Positions 54,932 to 64,000 of a stretch of DNA of 64,000 bases are shown in pieces. Under the pieces are notes generated by a model. The model searched no databases and was not told where the DNA came from. It worked only from the letters and a program-made list of their open reading frames with translations. The DNA is from Planctomycetota bacterium (lineage in GTDB: Bacteria; Planctomycetota; PLA2; JAEUHO01), in contig JBFWRP010000010.1 in the NCBI GenBank assembly GCA_050248855.1, positions 1 to 64,000 on the forward strand, given 5' to 3'. Each line of letters opens with the position of its first letter. The first letter of the stretch is position 1. A program made the position numbers and the translations under genes.

Positions 54932-56212
54932 TCAGCCGCTACGACGCACCAAGAGCAGGGTCACGTCGTCTTGCAACGCGGCTTCGTCGACGAACTCCAT
55001 GAGGTCGGACCAGAGGCCGTCGACGATCGCTTGCGCCGACGCGCCCGCGGCCACGTGGCGACGCAACGAAGCCTCCAGCCGTTCCTCGCCGTACAGCTCG
55101 CCGTCGGCGCGCGCCGCCTCGGTCATGCCATCGGTGAAGCTGAACAACACGTCACCCGGGGCCAGCTGGACGGGATCCGAGACGCCGAACGGCGCGCCCT
55201 CCACGATCCCGAGGACGGGACCGGTACGCGCGAGCTCCTGCAGCGTGCCGTCCGCACGCAGGAGCAGCGGCGGGTTGTGTCCTGCGCTGCCGTAGCGGAC
55301 CGTGGCGTCCGCCGGGTCCAGCAACCCGAGGAACAGGCTCATGAACGTCCCCTCGGGCGTGTCGCGCTCCAGGTAGTCGTTCATGAGGTGGAGCACGTCA
55401 CCGGGATCGGGGTTGCGCTGCAGCGCGGCGCGCAGGAGAGCCCGGGCGCTGGCCATCAGCAGCGCGGGCCCCAGGCCGTGCCCGCTGACGTCGCCCACGA
55501 CGAGGGCCATGCGCCGGTCGTGAACCGGCACGACGTCGTAGTAGTCCCCGCTGGTTTCCTCGCAGGGCTGACCGAGCGCGCCCAGCTCGAACCCGGCCAG
55601 CGTGGGGAGGTCGCGAGGCAGGAGCTGCTGCTGGATGTGCTGGGCCACGGCCAGCTCGCGCTTGAGCCGCTCCTGCTCGGCTTTCTCCGCCAGCAGCCGG
55701 GCGTTCTCGACGGCCAAGCCCACGACGCCACCCAACGCCTGGAACACGCGGAAGTCGGTTGCGCTGAACTCGCGTACGCGCGCCGTGCTGTCCACGTACA
55801 AGACGCCCACCACGCTGCCCTTGGCCTGGAGGGGTACGGCCATCACGGACATCAGCTTGAGCGCGAGGATGCTCTCGCTCATCGCGGTGACGCCGCCCGC
55901 GGCGTCGATCGTCATCGACGGCTGGCCCGTGGAAGCCACGCGGTCGACCACGGTACGGCTCGTCCGCTCGTCGAGCGGCAGGTCACCTCCCCCGCGGTGG
56001 CGAGCGGCGGCGGTCTCCAGCTCGCCGCCCTCCGCCACGAAGAGGAACCCGCGTTCGGCGCTGGTGACCGCGATGGCACGGTCCACGGCGCTGCGAAACA
56101 GCTCGTCGAGCGGACGCGGCCCCCACAGCTCGGCCACCGACTCGAGCACGATCTCCACGTTGCGCCGATCGCGTTCGGCATCGCCGCTGAGGATGTCCCA
56201 CGCGCCCGTCAC
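54932..56212 (-). CDS. GAF plus SpoIIE/PP2C serine phosphatase (RsbU-like)
   Basis: AERGFL, VMAVPL...GVLYVD (GAF); IQQQLLP, SGDYYD, GDVSGHG, SAGHNPP, FTDGMTEA, QDDVT. Confidence 0.92.
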   Translation of the reverse strand: MTGAWDILSGDAERDRRNVEIVLESVAELWGPRPLDELFRSAVDRAIAVTSAERGFLFVAEGGELETAAARHRGGGDLPLDERTSRTVVDRVASTGQPSMTIDAAGGVTAMSESILALKLMSVMAVPLQAKGSVVGVLYVDSTARVREFSATDFRVFQALGGVVGLAVENARLLAEKAEQERLKRELAVAQHIQQQLLPRDLPTLAGFELGALGQPCEETSGDYYDVVPVHDRRMALVVGDVSGHGLGPALLMASARALLRAALQRNPDPGDVLHLMNDYLERDTPEGTFMSLFLGLLDPADATVRYGSAGHNPPLLLRADGTLQELARTGPVLGIVEGAPFGVSDPVQLAPGDVLFSFTDGMTEAARADGELYGEERLEASLRRHVAAGASAQAIVDGLWSDLMEFVDEAALQDDVTLLLVRRSG

Positions 56213-56718
56213 GCGCCTTCGTCCTCTTCGAGCTCACGTCGCACGACGATGCGCAGGCCCCCCGTAGCGCACCGTTCCCGGTCGAATCGCGTGGCCAAGC
56301 GGTTGATGAGGAACAGACCCCGGCCTCGCGCGGCCTCGAGCGGAGGAGGCTCGGTCGGGTCGCGCTCCAAGGCGATCTGCGGGTCCTTGCCCGAGCCGGG
56401 GTCGGAAACCTCGATCGTCACGGCCTCGGGCTCGACGCGGCAGATGATGCGTACGAGCTCGCTCCCGTCGCCGACCGAGCCATGCTCGATGGCGTTCTGC
56501 ACGATCTCGGTGGCCAGGAGGCCGACGTCGTCGACGTCGTCTTCCCCCCACCCTTGGGCGGCCAGGAGGGCCTCGAGCATCTTGCGCGCCGGCCGCACGT
56601 AGGCGAGGTCGGTCGGCACGAGCATCTCGAACGCCGCGGGCAGACCGTGGGGCATGACGACCTCGGGCCCGACAACCGGGGCCATGGCGGATCCGCCCGA
56701 GAGGCGGGGCGCCACCAT
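56209..56718 (-). CDS. Anti-sigma Ser/Thr kinase (RsbW-like, HATPase_c_2); start uncertain
   Basis: TEIVQNAIEHG, VSDPGSG, RGRGLFLI; overlaps the RsbU start. Confidence 0.88.
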   Translation of the reverse strand: MVAPRLSGGSAMAPVVGPEVVMPHGLPAAFEMLVPTDLAYVRPARKMLEALLAAQGWGEDDVDDVGLLATEIVQNAIEHGSVGDGSELVRIICRVEPEAVTIEVSDPGSGKDPQIALERDPTEPPPLEAARGRGLFLINRLATRFDRERCATGGLRIVVRRELEEDEGA

Positions 56719-56754
56719 ACCCCGCGCCCGCGCAGGCCCGCGAGCGTCCCGCGC

Positions 56755-58665
56755 CTACTCCGCGCGTGCGCGAAGGGCAGCCGCCCGGTCGCTTTCGCCG
56801 ATCAGGTCCAGGACCGTGGCCAGCTTGCGCCACACCTCGGGGTCGGGCGCGCGCTCGCCGTCGGCCTCCATGTCGCGGCGCACGGCTTCCATCGCTTCCA
56901 CCCACGGCTCGAGCAGGTCGTCGCCGGGCCGTTCGGGGTCGAGGCCGGCGAGGGTGAGCGAACGGGCACGCGCGGCCGCGTAGACCCGCTCGGGCGTGCC
57001 CTCGGGAGGTGGCTGCAACGCCCGGAGGGCCAGCAACAGGATGTCCCGACGGGCGGGCCAACCCGCGGACGCCACCGCCTCGTCGATGTCCTGTGCCTCG
57101 GGGTGCGCCAAGCGCAGGCGGAGCTCCAGCGCGGAGCGGGCCAGGTCCAGATCGCCAAGCGACGTGGCCACCTCCAGCTGGCGGGCCAGGGCGTAGACGC
57201 GCAGGGCACGATCCTCCTCCGTCAGGTGACCTGCGCGGCGGGCGAAGGCGTCAAGCGCCTCTTGGTAGCCGATCGCCTGCACCTGGCGCAGGCGTCGCGC
57301 GTCCAGCCCCACGCGTGCGGAGGCCGAGGCGTCCGCGGCCATCGCGCCCACGAGGTCGGCGACCTCGACGCGCAGTGCGCCGTCCAGGGGTCGCCCCTCG
57401 ATGGCTTGACCGGCCGCGCGCCAAGCGTCGACCGGCTGGTTCGCGGCGGCCAAGGCCCGGAAGCGACGTAGCGCCGTGTCGACGTCCTCGGGACGCTCGG
57501 CGAGCGCGCGCCCCTCGAGCGTGACGTCGTCGCCCCACGCGCCGTGACGCAGGGCGGTCAGCAGCACGAGCGCGGCCAGCACCACGCTCGCTCCCGCGAG
57601 CGTCGCGCGCGCGCCGCGCGAGCCTCGCTCGAACCCCCAAGCGAGGACGGCGCCGAGAAGGAGGACGAGGGCCGGCGCCAGCACGACCGTCCGGGCCTCG
57701 AACAACAGGGGCTCGGCCACCACGAACCCGGGCACCAACACGACCCACCCGAGGAGCAGGCCCAAGACGGCGCGACGTGCGCGCTCCGCGAGCAGCCCGG
57801 GCAGGGCCCCGAGCAGCGCCCCGGTCAGGAGCACGCCTGCGCCGGCGACGACCCTCGGCAGCGGGGCCTCGAAGGGAAGCGGGAACGCGGTGCCGTAGGG
57901 CAGCCCGTGAGGGAGCAGCCACCACCCGGCGGCCGTCGGCAGCAAGCCCGCCGTGGTCGTCAGGGCCTCACCCGCGGGCCGCAGGGCCGGGATGGTCTGG
58001 ACGCCGGGCAGTGCGATGCGCACGACGACCCATCCGAACAGGCAGGCCAGCCAGCCCAGCGCGACCGGCCGGGAGCGCGTCGGGTGAAGCCACCAGCCGA
58101 GCCAGGGCACGACCAGGGCCACGGGCTCGAGAAGCAGCACGACGGCGTACGCCACGATGGCTGCCGCCTGCGCCAGGGCCGTGGGTCGCGAGGCCAAGCG
58201 TGCCGCAAGCACACCCGCCACCGTGGCGGCGAGCACGGCCTGGGCGGGGGCGTACGCCACCATCTCCACCGTCGCCGGGTGGCACGCGAACAGCGCCGTG
58301 GCCGTTGCTGCGACGCCGGGCGCCAAGCCGGCGTCCACGCCAAGTCGGACGAGCAGCACGGCCAGCGCGAGGAAGAGCAGCAGGCTCGTCGCGTGGAAGC
58401 CCGCGGCCCCCTCGGGGCCGAACAGGCCAACCTGCGCGGCGTGGAGGAGAGAGGCCGCGGGGCGCCACGTGCCCTCGCCCACCGGAGGACCGGTCAGCCA
58501 CGTGGCCCGCCCCGCCAGATCCTCGCCCAGCAGCGGACCCGTGAGGCCGGCCCGTGCCCCCAGGGCGACGCGGGCATCACCCGCCTGCGCACCCATCACG
58601 ACGCGGCCGTGGCAGAGGACGACAGCGACGAGCAGCAACAGCAGCGGTGCGCCGACTCGCCTCAT
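56755..58665 (-). CDS. Polytopic membrane protein, TMTC/GT-C-like, with C-terminal TPR-like helices
   Basis: WRPAASL, GFHATSLLL, ALFACHP..VEMVAY, EARTV, RHGAWGDDVTL followed by helical repeats; strongly diverged. Confidence 0.65.
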   Translation of the reverse strand: MRRVGAPLLLLLVAVVLCHGRVVMGAQAGDARVALGARAGLTGPLLGEDLAGRATWLTGPPVGEGTWRPAASLLHAAQVGLFGPEGAAGFHATSLLLFLALAVLLVRLGVDAGLAPGVAATATALFACHPATVEMVAYAPAQAVLAATVAGVLAARLASRPTALAQAAAIVAYAVVLLLEPVALVVPWLGWWLHPTRSRPVALGWLACLFGWVVVRIALPGVQTIPALRPAGEALTTTAGLLPTAAGWWLLPHGLPYGTAFPLPFEAPLPRVVAGAGVLLTGALLGALPGLLAERARRAVLGLLLGWVVLVPGFVVAEPLLFEARTVVLAPALVLLLGAVLAWGFERGSRGARATLAGASVVLAALVLLTALRHGAWGDDVTLEGRALAERPEDVDTALRRFRALAAANQPVDAWRAAGQAIEGRPLDGALRVEVADLVGAMAADASASARVGLDARRLRQVQAIGYQEALDAFARRAGHLTEEDRALRVYALARQLEVATSLGDLDLARSALELRLRLAHPEAQDIDEAVASAGWPARRDILLLALRALQPPPEGTPERVYAAARARSLTLAGLDPERPGDDLLEPWVEAMEAVRRDMEADGERAPDPEVWRKLATVLDLIGESDRAAALRARAE

Positions 58666-58756
58666 GCGCCCGTGGGAGCTCCCGTACGAAACGACGCGCC
58701 GGAGAGAAGCTCCCCGGCGCGTCGCAGGTCATCCGATCCGACGTGGCTGCGTCCGA

Positions 58757-61700
58757 TCAGCTCTTCTCGAACTGGATCTCGAGGTCGAACACCTGCGGCA
58801 GCGGGTTGGCCGAGCCGCCGTGCCCCACGTACGTCGCGCTGACGAAGAAGCGGAACCGCCAGCGGAAGTAGCGCTTGAAGTTGATCGACGTGATGTTGGC
58901 GGCCGAGACCCACTGCGTCAGACCGTCGGCCGTGGTCGGGGTCGCGCCCGCTGGAACCGGCGAGAGATCGTCGGCGCCTTGGAACTCGAGCACGCCGTCG
59001 AAGTCCGCTCCGGCGCCCTGCACCAACCCCAGACCCGAGAGGGCTGCGAAGTTGGAGTTGAACGTCGGGAACTGCTGACCCAGCGGGCCGGCGCCATCCG
59101 GGTCGGGAGCGAACTCTGCCGTCGGCGTGAACAGGTCGACCCACTCGCTCTGTCCCACCGAGGCCAGGTCGACCGTCGGGTTGTACTGCGTCGAGGCGCC
59201 CGCCGACGTGAATGCCGCCGGCGACGAGCTTCCGGTCACGGAAGGCAGCGCCTGACCCGCGAAGCTGATGATCGCCACACGGCCGTTGCCGCCGGCACCG
59301 GCCACGCGCGTCAGCGACGCCGACGTGCCGCCCACGCCACCCTGGGCGCTGAGCGTGCCGGCCATGGAAACCGTCTGGCCGATCAGCAAGATGCCGCCGC
59401 CGCTGCCGCCGCCGCCGGGACCACCGTCGCCGCCAGGCACGACCGCGTTCTGGATGCCGACCACGGTGTCGTCGCTCGTGCCGGGGTTGCCGTCGTCGCC
59501 ATCCCCGAAGATCAGCTGCGCCTCGGAGAAGGTGCTGCCGCCGTCACCACCGTCGGCCTCGATGACGCCCGACGCCGTGACGCTCAGGGCGCCGGCTGCC
59601 AGCACGCAGATGCCGCCGCCACCGCCACCGCCACCAGCACCGCCGTCGTCCTCGTTGGCCGGCGCGCCGCCGTTGCCCGCCTCGTTGGTGCCCGTGTCGT
59701 CATCGCTCGAGCCACCGCCCCCGCCAGCGCCGCCGACGATGTTGGAGAACGGGCTGTACGCACGGTCGGGCTGGAACAGGCTGAGCAGGCGATCGAACGT
59801 CGCCGTGCCGGCAACCGTGCCGCCGTTGGGGTTGTTCCCGATGCCGGCGTCCTGGCCGCTCGAGAGCGTGCCGTTGCCGCCCGCCGTCCCGAAGCCGCCG
59901 CCGCCGCCACCACCGCTGCCCGCGGCCGTGCCGCCCGCATCGGTGAAGCCCGCGGCGCCCTTGCCCGTGGGCGACTCGCCGGCCGTGGCCAGCTCGCTCA
60001 GCCAGCTGCCGAACAGGTTGGCGCCGGGCGCGCCATTGCTGCCCGCCGCGGCACCGAGGATCGGGTTGGCGCCGAAGCCGCCCTGGCCGCCGCCTGCGCC
60101 GCCCACGCCGCCAGGCCCGCCCGGGGGCCGGCTCGCCGCGTTGGCGTAGGGCGCGGTCCCGTCCGTGTTGAACCCGGGGTCGCCGTTGGCGCCGTTCGAA
60201 CGGATCGAACCCTCGATCGTGGCCGTACCGCGGACCAGGATCACGAGGGGCTTGCTGCCGGTGGCCTCGATCGTGTCCCCGGCGTTGAGCGTGAACGACT
60301 CGTACTCGAAGATGCCGTCACCGTTCGCCGAGCCGCTCGTGGTGTTGAAGCTGAAGACGGTCCCGTTGCCGGGCGAGCTGAACGTGCCGTCCGCACCGCT
60401 GCCCGTGTAGGGGCGCCACACCGCGCGCAACAGGCCGGCGCCGCCGCCTGCCTGGGCGTCGGGGTTGACCTGCAGGCTCGGAAGGCCCAGGAACCGGAAG
60501 CCTTGGCCGCTCACGGCGCCCTCGTTCCAGTTGGCGGTGGTGCTCTGCCCGCCCTGCGAGCCGGTCGGGTCCGCGGGGACGTACAGGAGCGTCTTGTTGG
60601 GGGTCGGGTCACCGCCCACCGAGCTGGCCAGAGGCAGCCCGTCCAGCACGCCCGGCGTGCCGAAGTCCGAGAGGCTCTGCGTGAACACGCCGGGCTCCGT
60701 CGCGGCACTCGTGTTGTCGCCATGCTCGGCGGCGTTGCTGTTGAACTGCTCGACGATGGCGAGTGCGGTGTTCGGCACCTGCAGCGTCCGGAAGTAGATG
60801 CGGTAGCCACCGGGGATGCTGGCGTTGAAGGAAGGGAGCGTCTCGTAGACGTTGTAGCCACCGATGGCCGGGTTGGGCCGGTCGGCCGTCTGCAGCGCGT
60901 TGCCCGGCAGGTCCTTGACCTGCGGGATGATGTTGATGACGTAGACGCCCTGCTGGATCGGCGCGGCCGTACCGAGGATGATCTCGGTCGACGTGGCCGT
61001 CTGCACGATGGTGGGCTCGTTGGTCTTGATGCGGTCCGGACCGGTCGGCGTGCCGTCCTTGAGCGCGATGCGCCACAGCTGGACGTTGGCCGGGATTTGC
61101 GTGGCCGGGTTGTAGGCCACGACGGACGGCGGGTCGAGCTGCTCGTTGACCTTCACGCGGATGGCGGGCATGTCGATGAGGCCCGGGTTGACCGCGGAGG
61201 GCGTGCCGATGGCCTGTGCATCATGGCGCGGGAAGGACTCGGGCTCGATCACGCGCGGACGGCCCTCGTTGCGCAGGCAGAGCAACGCGGCGCCAGGGCC
61301 CGAGCCCGTCTGGATGACGCTGGCATCGATCTGGGGCGAGACGTAGAGCGCGTTGGCGATGTTCTGCAGGCACCCCTCGTCATCCGAGCGGCCGCCCTGG
61401 CTGGGGGGCAGCCCGTGGACGACGGCGCGGCGCGGCTCCACGAACGTCGGCGTGCCGAGCGTGCGGAAGAAGTAGCTGTCGGCCTCGACCAGCTGCTTGC
61501 CATCGGGGGTACGGATGGTCGCCGTGGCCGGGAAGACCGGCAGGCTCAGCGTGTAGGTCGTGTTCGGGGTCAGGCCCACGTCCGAGTAGTCGCCGAAGTT
61601 GGGCGTACGCGGGAGGAGCGCCACCAAGTTGTCGTCGACGATGGTGGCCTCGAAGAAGGGACCGGTCGCGCCGATCACGCGGAGCGTGTCCAGCGTGATG

Positions 61701-61900
61701 CTGTCGGGGTCCACGGCCTCGCTGAAGGTCAGGATGAGGGCCTGGTTGAGCGGGATGCCGCTGATGTCGGGCAGGTTGAAGCTGACCAAGACGAACTTGG
61801 GATCCGGCCCACCCGACCTGGCGCCGCACGACGTCATCGAGACGGAGACCGTGGCGGTCAGGGCGAGGGCAAGGATCAGGGACGTACGGACTCGACGCAT
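58757..61900 (-). CDS. Large surface lipoprotein with Ig-like (Big_5-like) domains and a Gly-rich domain
   Basis: Lipobox-like SMTSC; LNQALILTFSEAVDPDSI; VKDLPGNAL; GGGGGGG tracts; C-terminal LEFQGA...RYFRWR domain; AGGAG RBS. Confidence 0.8.
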   Translation of the reverse strand: MRRVRTSLILALALTATVSVSMTSCGARSGGPDPKFVLVSFNLPDISGIPLNQALILTFSEAVDPDSITLDTLRVIGATGPFFEATIVDDNLVALLPRTPNFGDYSDVGLTPNTTYTLSLPVFPATATIRTPDGKQLVEADSYFFRTLGTPTFVEPRRAVVHGLPPSQGGRSDDEGCLQNIANALYVSPQIDASVIQTGSGPGAALLCLRNEGRPRVIEPESFPRHDAQAIGTPSAVNPGLIDMPAIRVKVNEQLDPPSVVAYNPATQIPANVQLWRIALKDGTPTGPDRIKTNEPTIVQTATSTEIILGTAAPIQQGVYVINIIPQVKDLPGNALQTADRPNPAIGGYNVYETLPSFNASIPGGYRIYFRTLQVPNTALAIVEQFNSNAAEHGDNTSAATEPGVFTQSLSDFGTPGVLDGLPLASSVGGDPTPNKTLLYVPADPTGSQGGQSTTANWNEGAVSGQGFRFLGLPSLQVNPDAQAGGGAGLLRAVWRPYTGSGADGTFSSPGNGTVFSFNTTSGSANGDGIFEYESFTLNAGDTIEATGSKPLVILVRGTATIEGSIRSNGANGDPGFNTDGTAPYANAASRPPGGPGGVGGAGGGQGGFGANPILGAAAGSNGAPGANLFGSWLSELATAGESPTGKGAAGFTDAGGTAAGSGGGGGGGFGTAGGNGTLSSGQDAGIGNNPNGGTVAGTATFDRLLSLFQPDRAYSPFSNIVGGAGGGGGSSDDDTGTNEAGNGGAPANEDDGGAGGGGGGGGICVLAAGALSVTASGVIEADGGDGGSTFSEAQLIFGDGDDGNPGTSDDTVVGIQNAVVPGGDGGPGGGGSGGGILLIGQTVSMAGTLSAQGGVGGTSASLTRVAGAGGNGRVAIISFAGQALPSVTGSSSPAAFTSAGASTQYNPTVDLASVGQSEWVDLFTPTAEFAPDPDGAGPLGQQFPTFNSNFAALSGLGLVQGAGADFDGVLEFQGADDLSPVPAGATPTTADGLTQWVSAANITSINFKRYFRWRFRFFVSATYVGHGGSANPLPQVFDLEIQFEKS

Positions 61901-62162
61901 CGGCGGGATCTCCTAGGGCACCAGGCGGTCTGGTGAGGCCAAGCGCTGCGAGCGTCCGGAGTTCGGCTCGCCGTCACCTGGGCCCCGCCTCGTCAACCGA
62001 GGCGAGGACGTGCCGAGGAAGCTGGAGGAAAAGCGGTGGGGTCTCGGGAGTTTGGATGACACGACGCGCGGGGGGACACCCCGCCCTCCCCGCGCGCCGG
62101 GAGAGGGCGGTGTCGGAGCCGGCGCCCCCGCCAAGGCGAGGCGCCGACCCCTCGAACAGTCC

Positions 62163-64000
62163 TCAGTTCGAAACCATCGGAATGAGGATGCGGCTCACGC
62201 GGGCGACCTGGCCGCTCAGCAGGTTGCTGAGCAACGTGGCGCGCCAACGGATGAACGGGAACCCGTCGCAGTCGTCGATCTCGCGGGTCCAGGCGGTCGA
62301 CGGGAAGCCCCCGTTGATCGTGCGGCGATCCGGCTCGACGGCCATGGCGCCCTGGAACTCCAGGATGACCTGCGCGCCGCCCGTCTGGAGGGCCGGGTCG
62401 ATCTCGGGGGTCAGGTAGTCCGTGTCGGTGCCGAACGTCTCACCAGCGGCCGACGTCCACACGTGCCCAGGCGGGCCGTAGAACTGCGACTGGGCGACGC
62501 TCTCGACCTTGGACAGGGTGAACAGGGCATCGATGATGATGTGGTCGGGGTTCTTGATGTTCTGGGCCGCGCCACCGCTCAGGTTCTCGGGCGGGTTCGG
62601 CGTGTCTTCTTCGAAGCCGGCCAGCAGGAAGCGGGTCGGGAAGCCGCCGATGAACGAGCCGAGACCCAGGCCGTAGCCCGCGCACGGGTAGAGCTGGGCC
62701 CACCAGGCGCGAACCTGCTGGAAGGTACCGGCGCTCTCCGGAACACTCATGTCGAACAGCAGGACGCTGTCGTTGACGTCGCCCGTACCGGGGTCCCACT
62801 TGAAGAACGTGGTCGGGACCGGCCAGAGCAGATGGCCCGTGTACTGGTACAGCGGGTTGTTGTGCGCCGTCGTGCAGGGGTTGAAAGCGCTGGTCGCGGT
62901 GGTGCCTGCGTTGTTGGTGGTCGGGTAGTTGCCCACGTTGGCCTTCTGGGCCACGGAGAACGAACCGCGGTACACCTCGGTCGGCGAGCCGGAGTAGTTG
63001 CCGTTGAACGACGTGGCCAAGTTCATGGAGTCGTTCTTCTGGTAACCGAAGCGCAGGATCACGCCGTTGTAGGTGCTCGAGAAGGTAGCGTTGTTGTCCG
63101 GGCCGATGCCCATGCGGGTGATGCTGCCCTTCGGGCCCATTTCCTGGTCCGAGTAGGTCTGCATCACGCGGCGGCCGAGGCTGGTCGCGGGGTTCGGCGC
63201 GGGCGTGTAGTTGTTGCGGTCCTGACCGACGAGCGGGGCGTCGAGCGTGATGTACATGCCGCGACCGCCCGTGACGGCCTGGGCCGCGCCCGCCTGCATG
63301 CCGGCGTGCGGACCCGCGACGCTGCCCGAGTACCCGTCGCCGGAGTAGTCGCTGCCGGCGTCGTAGTCCGTGCCCGTGATGACGACGTCGCGGCTGGTGA
63401 CGGGCTGGCCCTTGAGCCACCCTTCCTCGTCGCTCCCCCAGTCGGCGTCCGACGCGCCCGAGTCACGCTCGTCTGCGACGTCGAAGTCCTCGCGGATCAC
63501 CTTGCCGGTGGCGATGCCCTCCCCGTCGCACGTGAAGGGACCCCAGCTCTGCGGGTTGACCAGCTGGTTGCCGGACAGGTCCTTGAGGACCTGGTAGACG
63601 GCCACCGTGAAGATCAGCTTGGCGTTGCCGAAGGAGAACGTGGGACGGAAGAAGAACGTCGTGGCCGACGCATCATGGCTGAACGTGCCGGGGACCGGGG
63701 CGTCCGCAACGCCATTCGCGCCGTTGATCGGAGCGCTCGTGTAGCGGATGTCGACGCCCGTCGACGGGTCGGGACCCGCGAACGGCGCCTGCGTGAAGCT
63801 GGCGGGGTCCATGACCTCGTTGAAGACGATGGCCAAGAGGCCGTTGCCCGGGATGTTGCGGGTGATCGGATCCGGGTCCGGGACGAAGTAGACGCCCTCC
63901 ACCTCGGGCGGCTGCAGCTCGCGCAGGAAGCCGGCGGACGTGGTCCAGTTCGTGAAGAACGAGCGACGGTTGGGGTCGAGGTCGAGGTTCTTGACCACGC
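62163..64000 (-). CDS. Large Ig-like surface protein, paralogous architecture, 5' end outside the window
   Basis: IVFNEVMDPAS, LKDLSGNQL, IREDF, and a C-terminal SVAQS...LEFQGA...FIRWR domain; the frame is open to the window edge. Confidence 0.78.
   Translation of the reverse strand, partial: VVKNLDLDPNRRSFFTNWTTSAGFLRELQPPEVEGVYFVPDPDPITRNIPGNGLLAIVFNEVMDPASFTQAPFAGPDPSTGVDIRYTSAPINGANGVADAPVPGTFSHDASATTFFFRPTFSFGNAKLIFTVAVYQVLKDLSGNQLVNPQSWGPFTCDGEGIATGKVIREDFDVADERDSGASDADWGSDEEGWLKGQPVTSRDVVITGTDYDAGSDYSGDGYSGSVAGPHAGMQAGAAQAVTGGRGMYITLDAPLVGQDRNNYTPAPNPATSLGRRVMQTYSDQEMGPKGSITRMGIGPDNNATFSSTYNGVILRFGYQKNDSMNLATSFNGNYSGSPTEVYRGSFSVAQKANVGNYPTTNNAGTTATSAFNPCTTAHNNPLYQYTGHLLWPVPTTFFKWDPGTGDVNDSVLLFDMSVPESAGTFQQVRAWWAQLYPCAGYGLGLGSFIGGFPTRFLLAGFEEDTPNPPENLSGGAAQNIKNPDHIIIDALFTLSKVESVAQSQFYGPPGHVWTSAAGETFGTDTDYLTPEIDPALQTGGAQVILEFQGAMAVEPDRRTINGGFPSTAWTREIDDCDGFPFIRWRATLLSNLLSGQVARVSRILIPMVSN

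Noticed and set aside
58157..61936. 1259-aa plus-strand ORF
   Set aside because: It is an antisense shadow of the Gly-rich lipoprotein gene.
61986..62004. GTTGACGAGG on the minus strand, resembling the glmS ribozyme core
   Set aside because: It is part of a simple local hairpin about 10 kb from glmS, without the other ribozyme elements.
1..64000. rRNA, tRNA, transposase, integrase, prophage or defence genes
   Set aside because: None was recognised by eye. Intergenic gaps are short and explained by REP-like elements or leaders; tRNAscan and Infernal were not run.

Overview
This is a very GC-rich bacterial chromosomal window. The protein repertoire (membrane-anchored coiled-coil OppA, long LptD, DUF1573 next to a multiheme cytochrome, ECF sigma factors, giant pseudopilin) suggests Planctomycetota, which is an inference. 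About 40 real CDSs are present; most other ORFs in the track are GC-rich shadow frames. From left to right: (i) a long minus-strand run of an SBP, two permeases, murJ, lptD, coaD, two OppA-like SBPs, oppB, oppC, ridA and an archaeal-type HAD, with no ABC ATPase gene; (ii) a cAMP module (CHASE2 adenylate cyclase, SH3b protein, M48 lipoprotein, and a convergent class II phosphodiesterase); (iii) a CNNM/HlyC protein, an active plus an apparently dead M14 carboxypeptidase, a thioester alpha-2-macroglobulin with YfaP/DUF2135, and an unannotated 35-aa membrane peptide; (iv) an LpxL-like acyltransferase, efp with Asn at the usually modified position, and DUF374; (v) two divergent ECF sigma factors, one followed by a putative anti-sigma, a triad-less HtrA, a FecR-like protein and an orphan ~1836-aa GspK/PilX-like pseudopilin with internal repeats; (vi) a Pro-rich double thioredoxin-fold protein without CxxC, glmS, a tetraheme cytochrome, DUF1573, RsbU/RsbW, a TMTC-like membrane protein and two large Ig-like surface proteins. 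Intergenic DNA holds two related families of GTAC-headed REP/REPIN-like elements. I saw no rRNA, tRNA, CRISPR array or transposase. All family calls come from motif recognition by eye, not from database searches.
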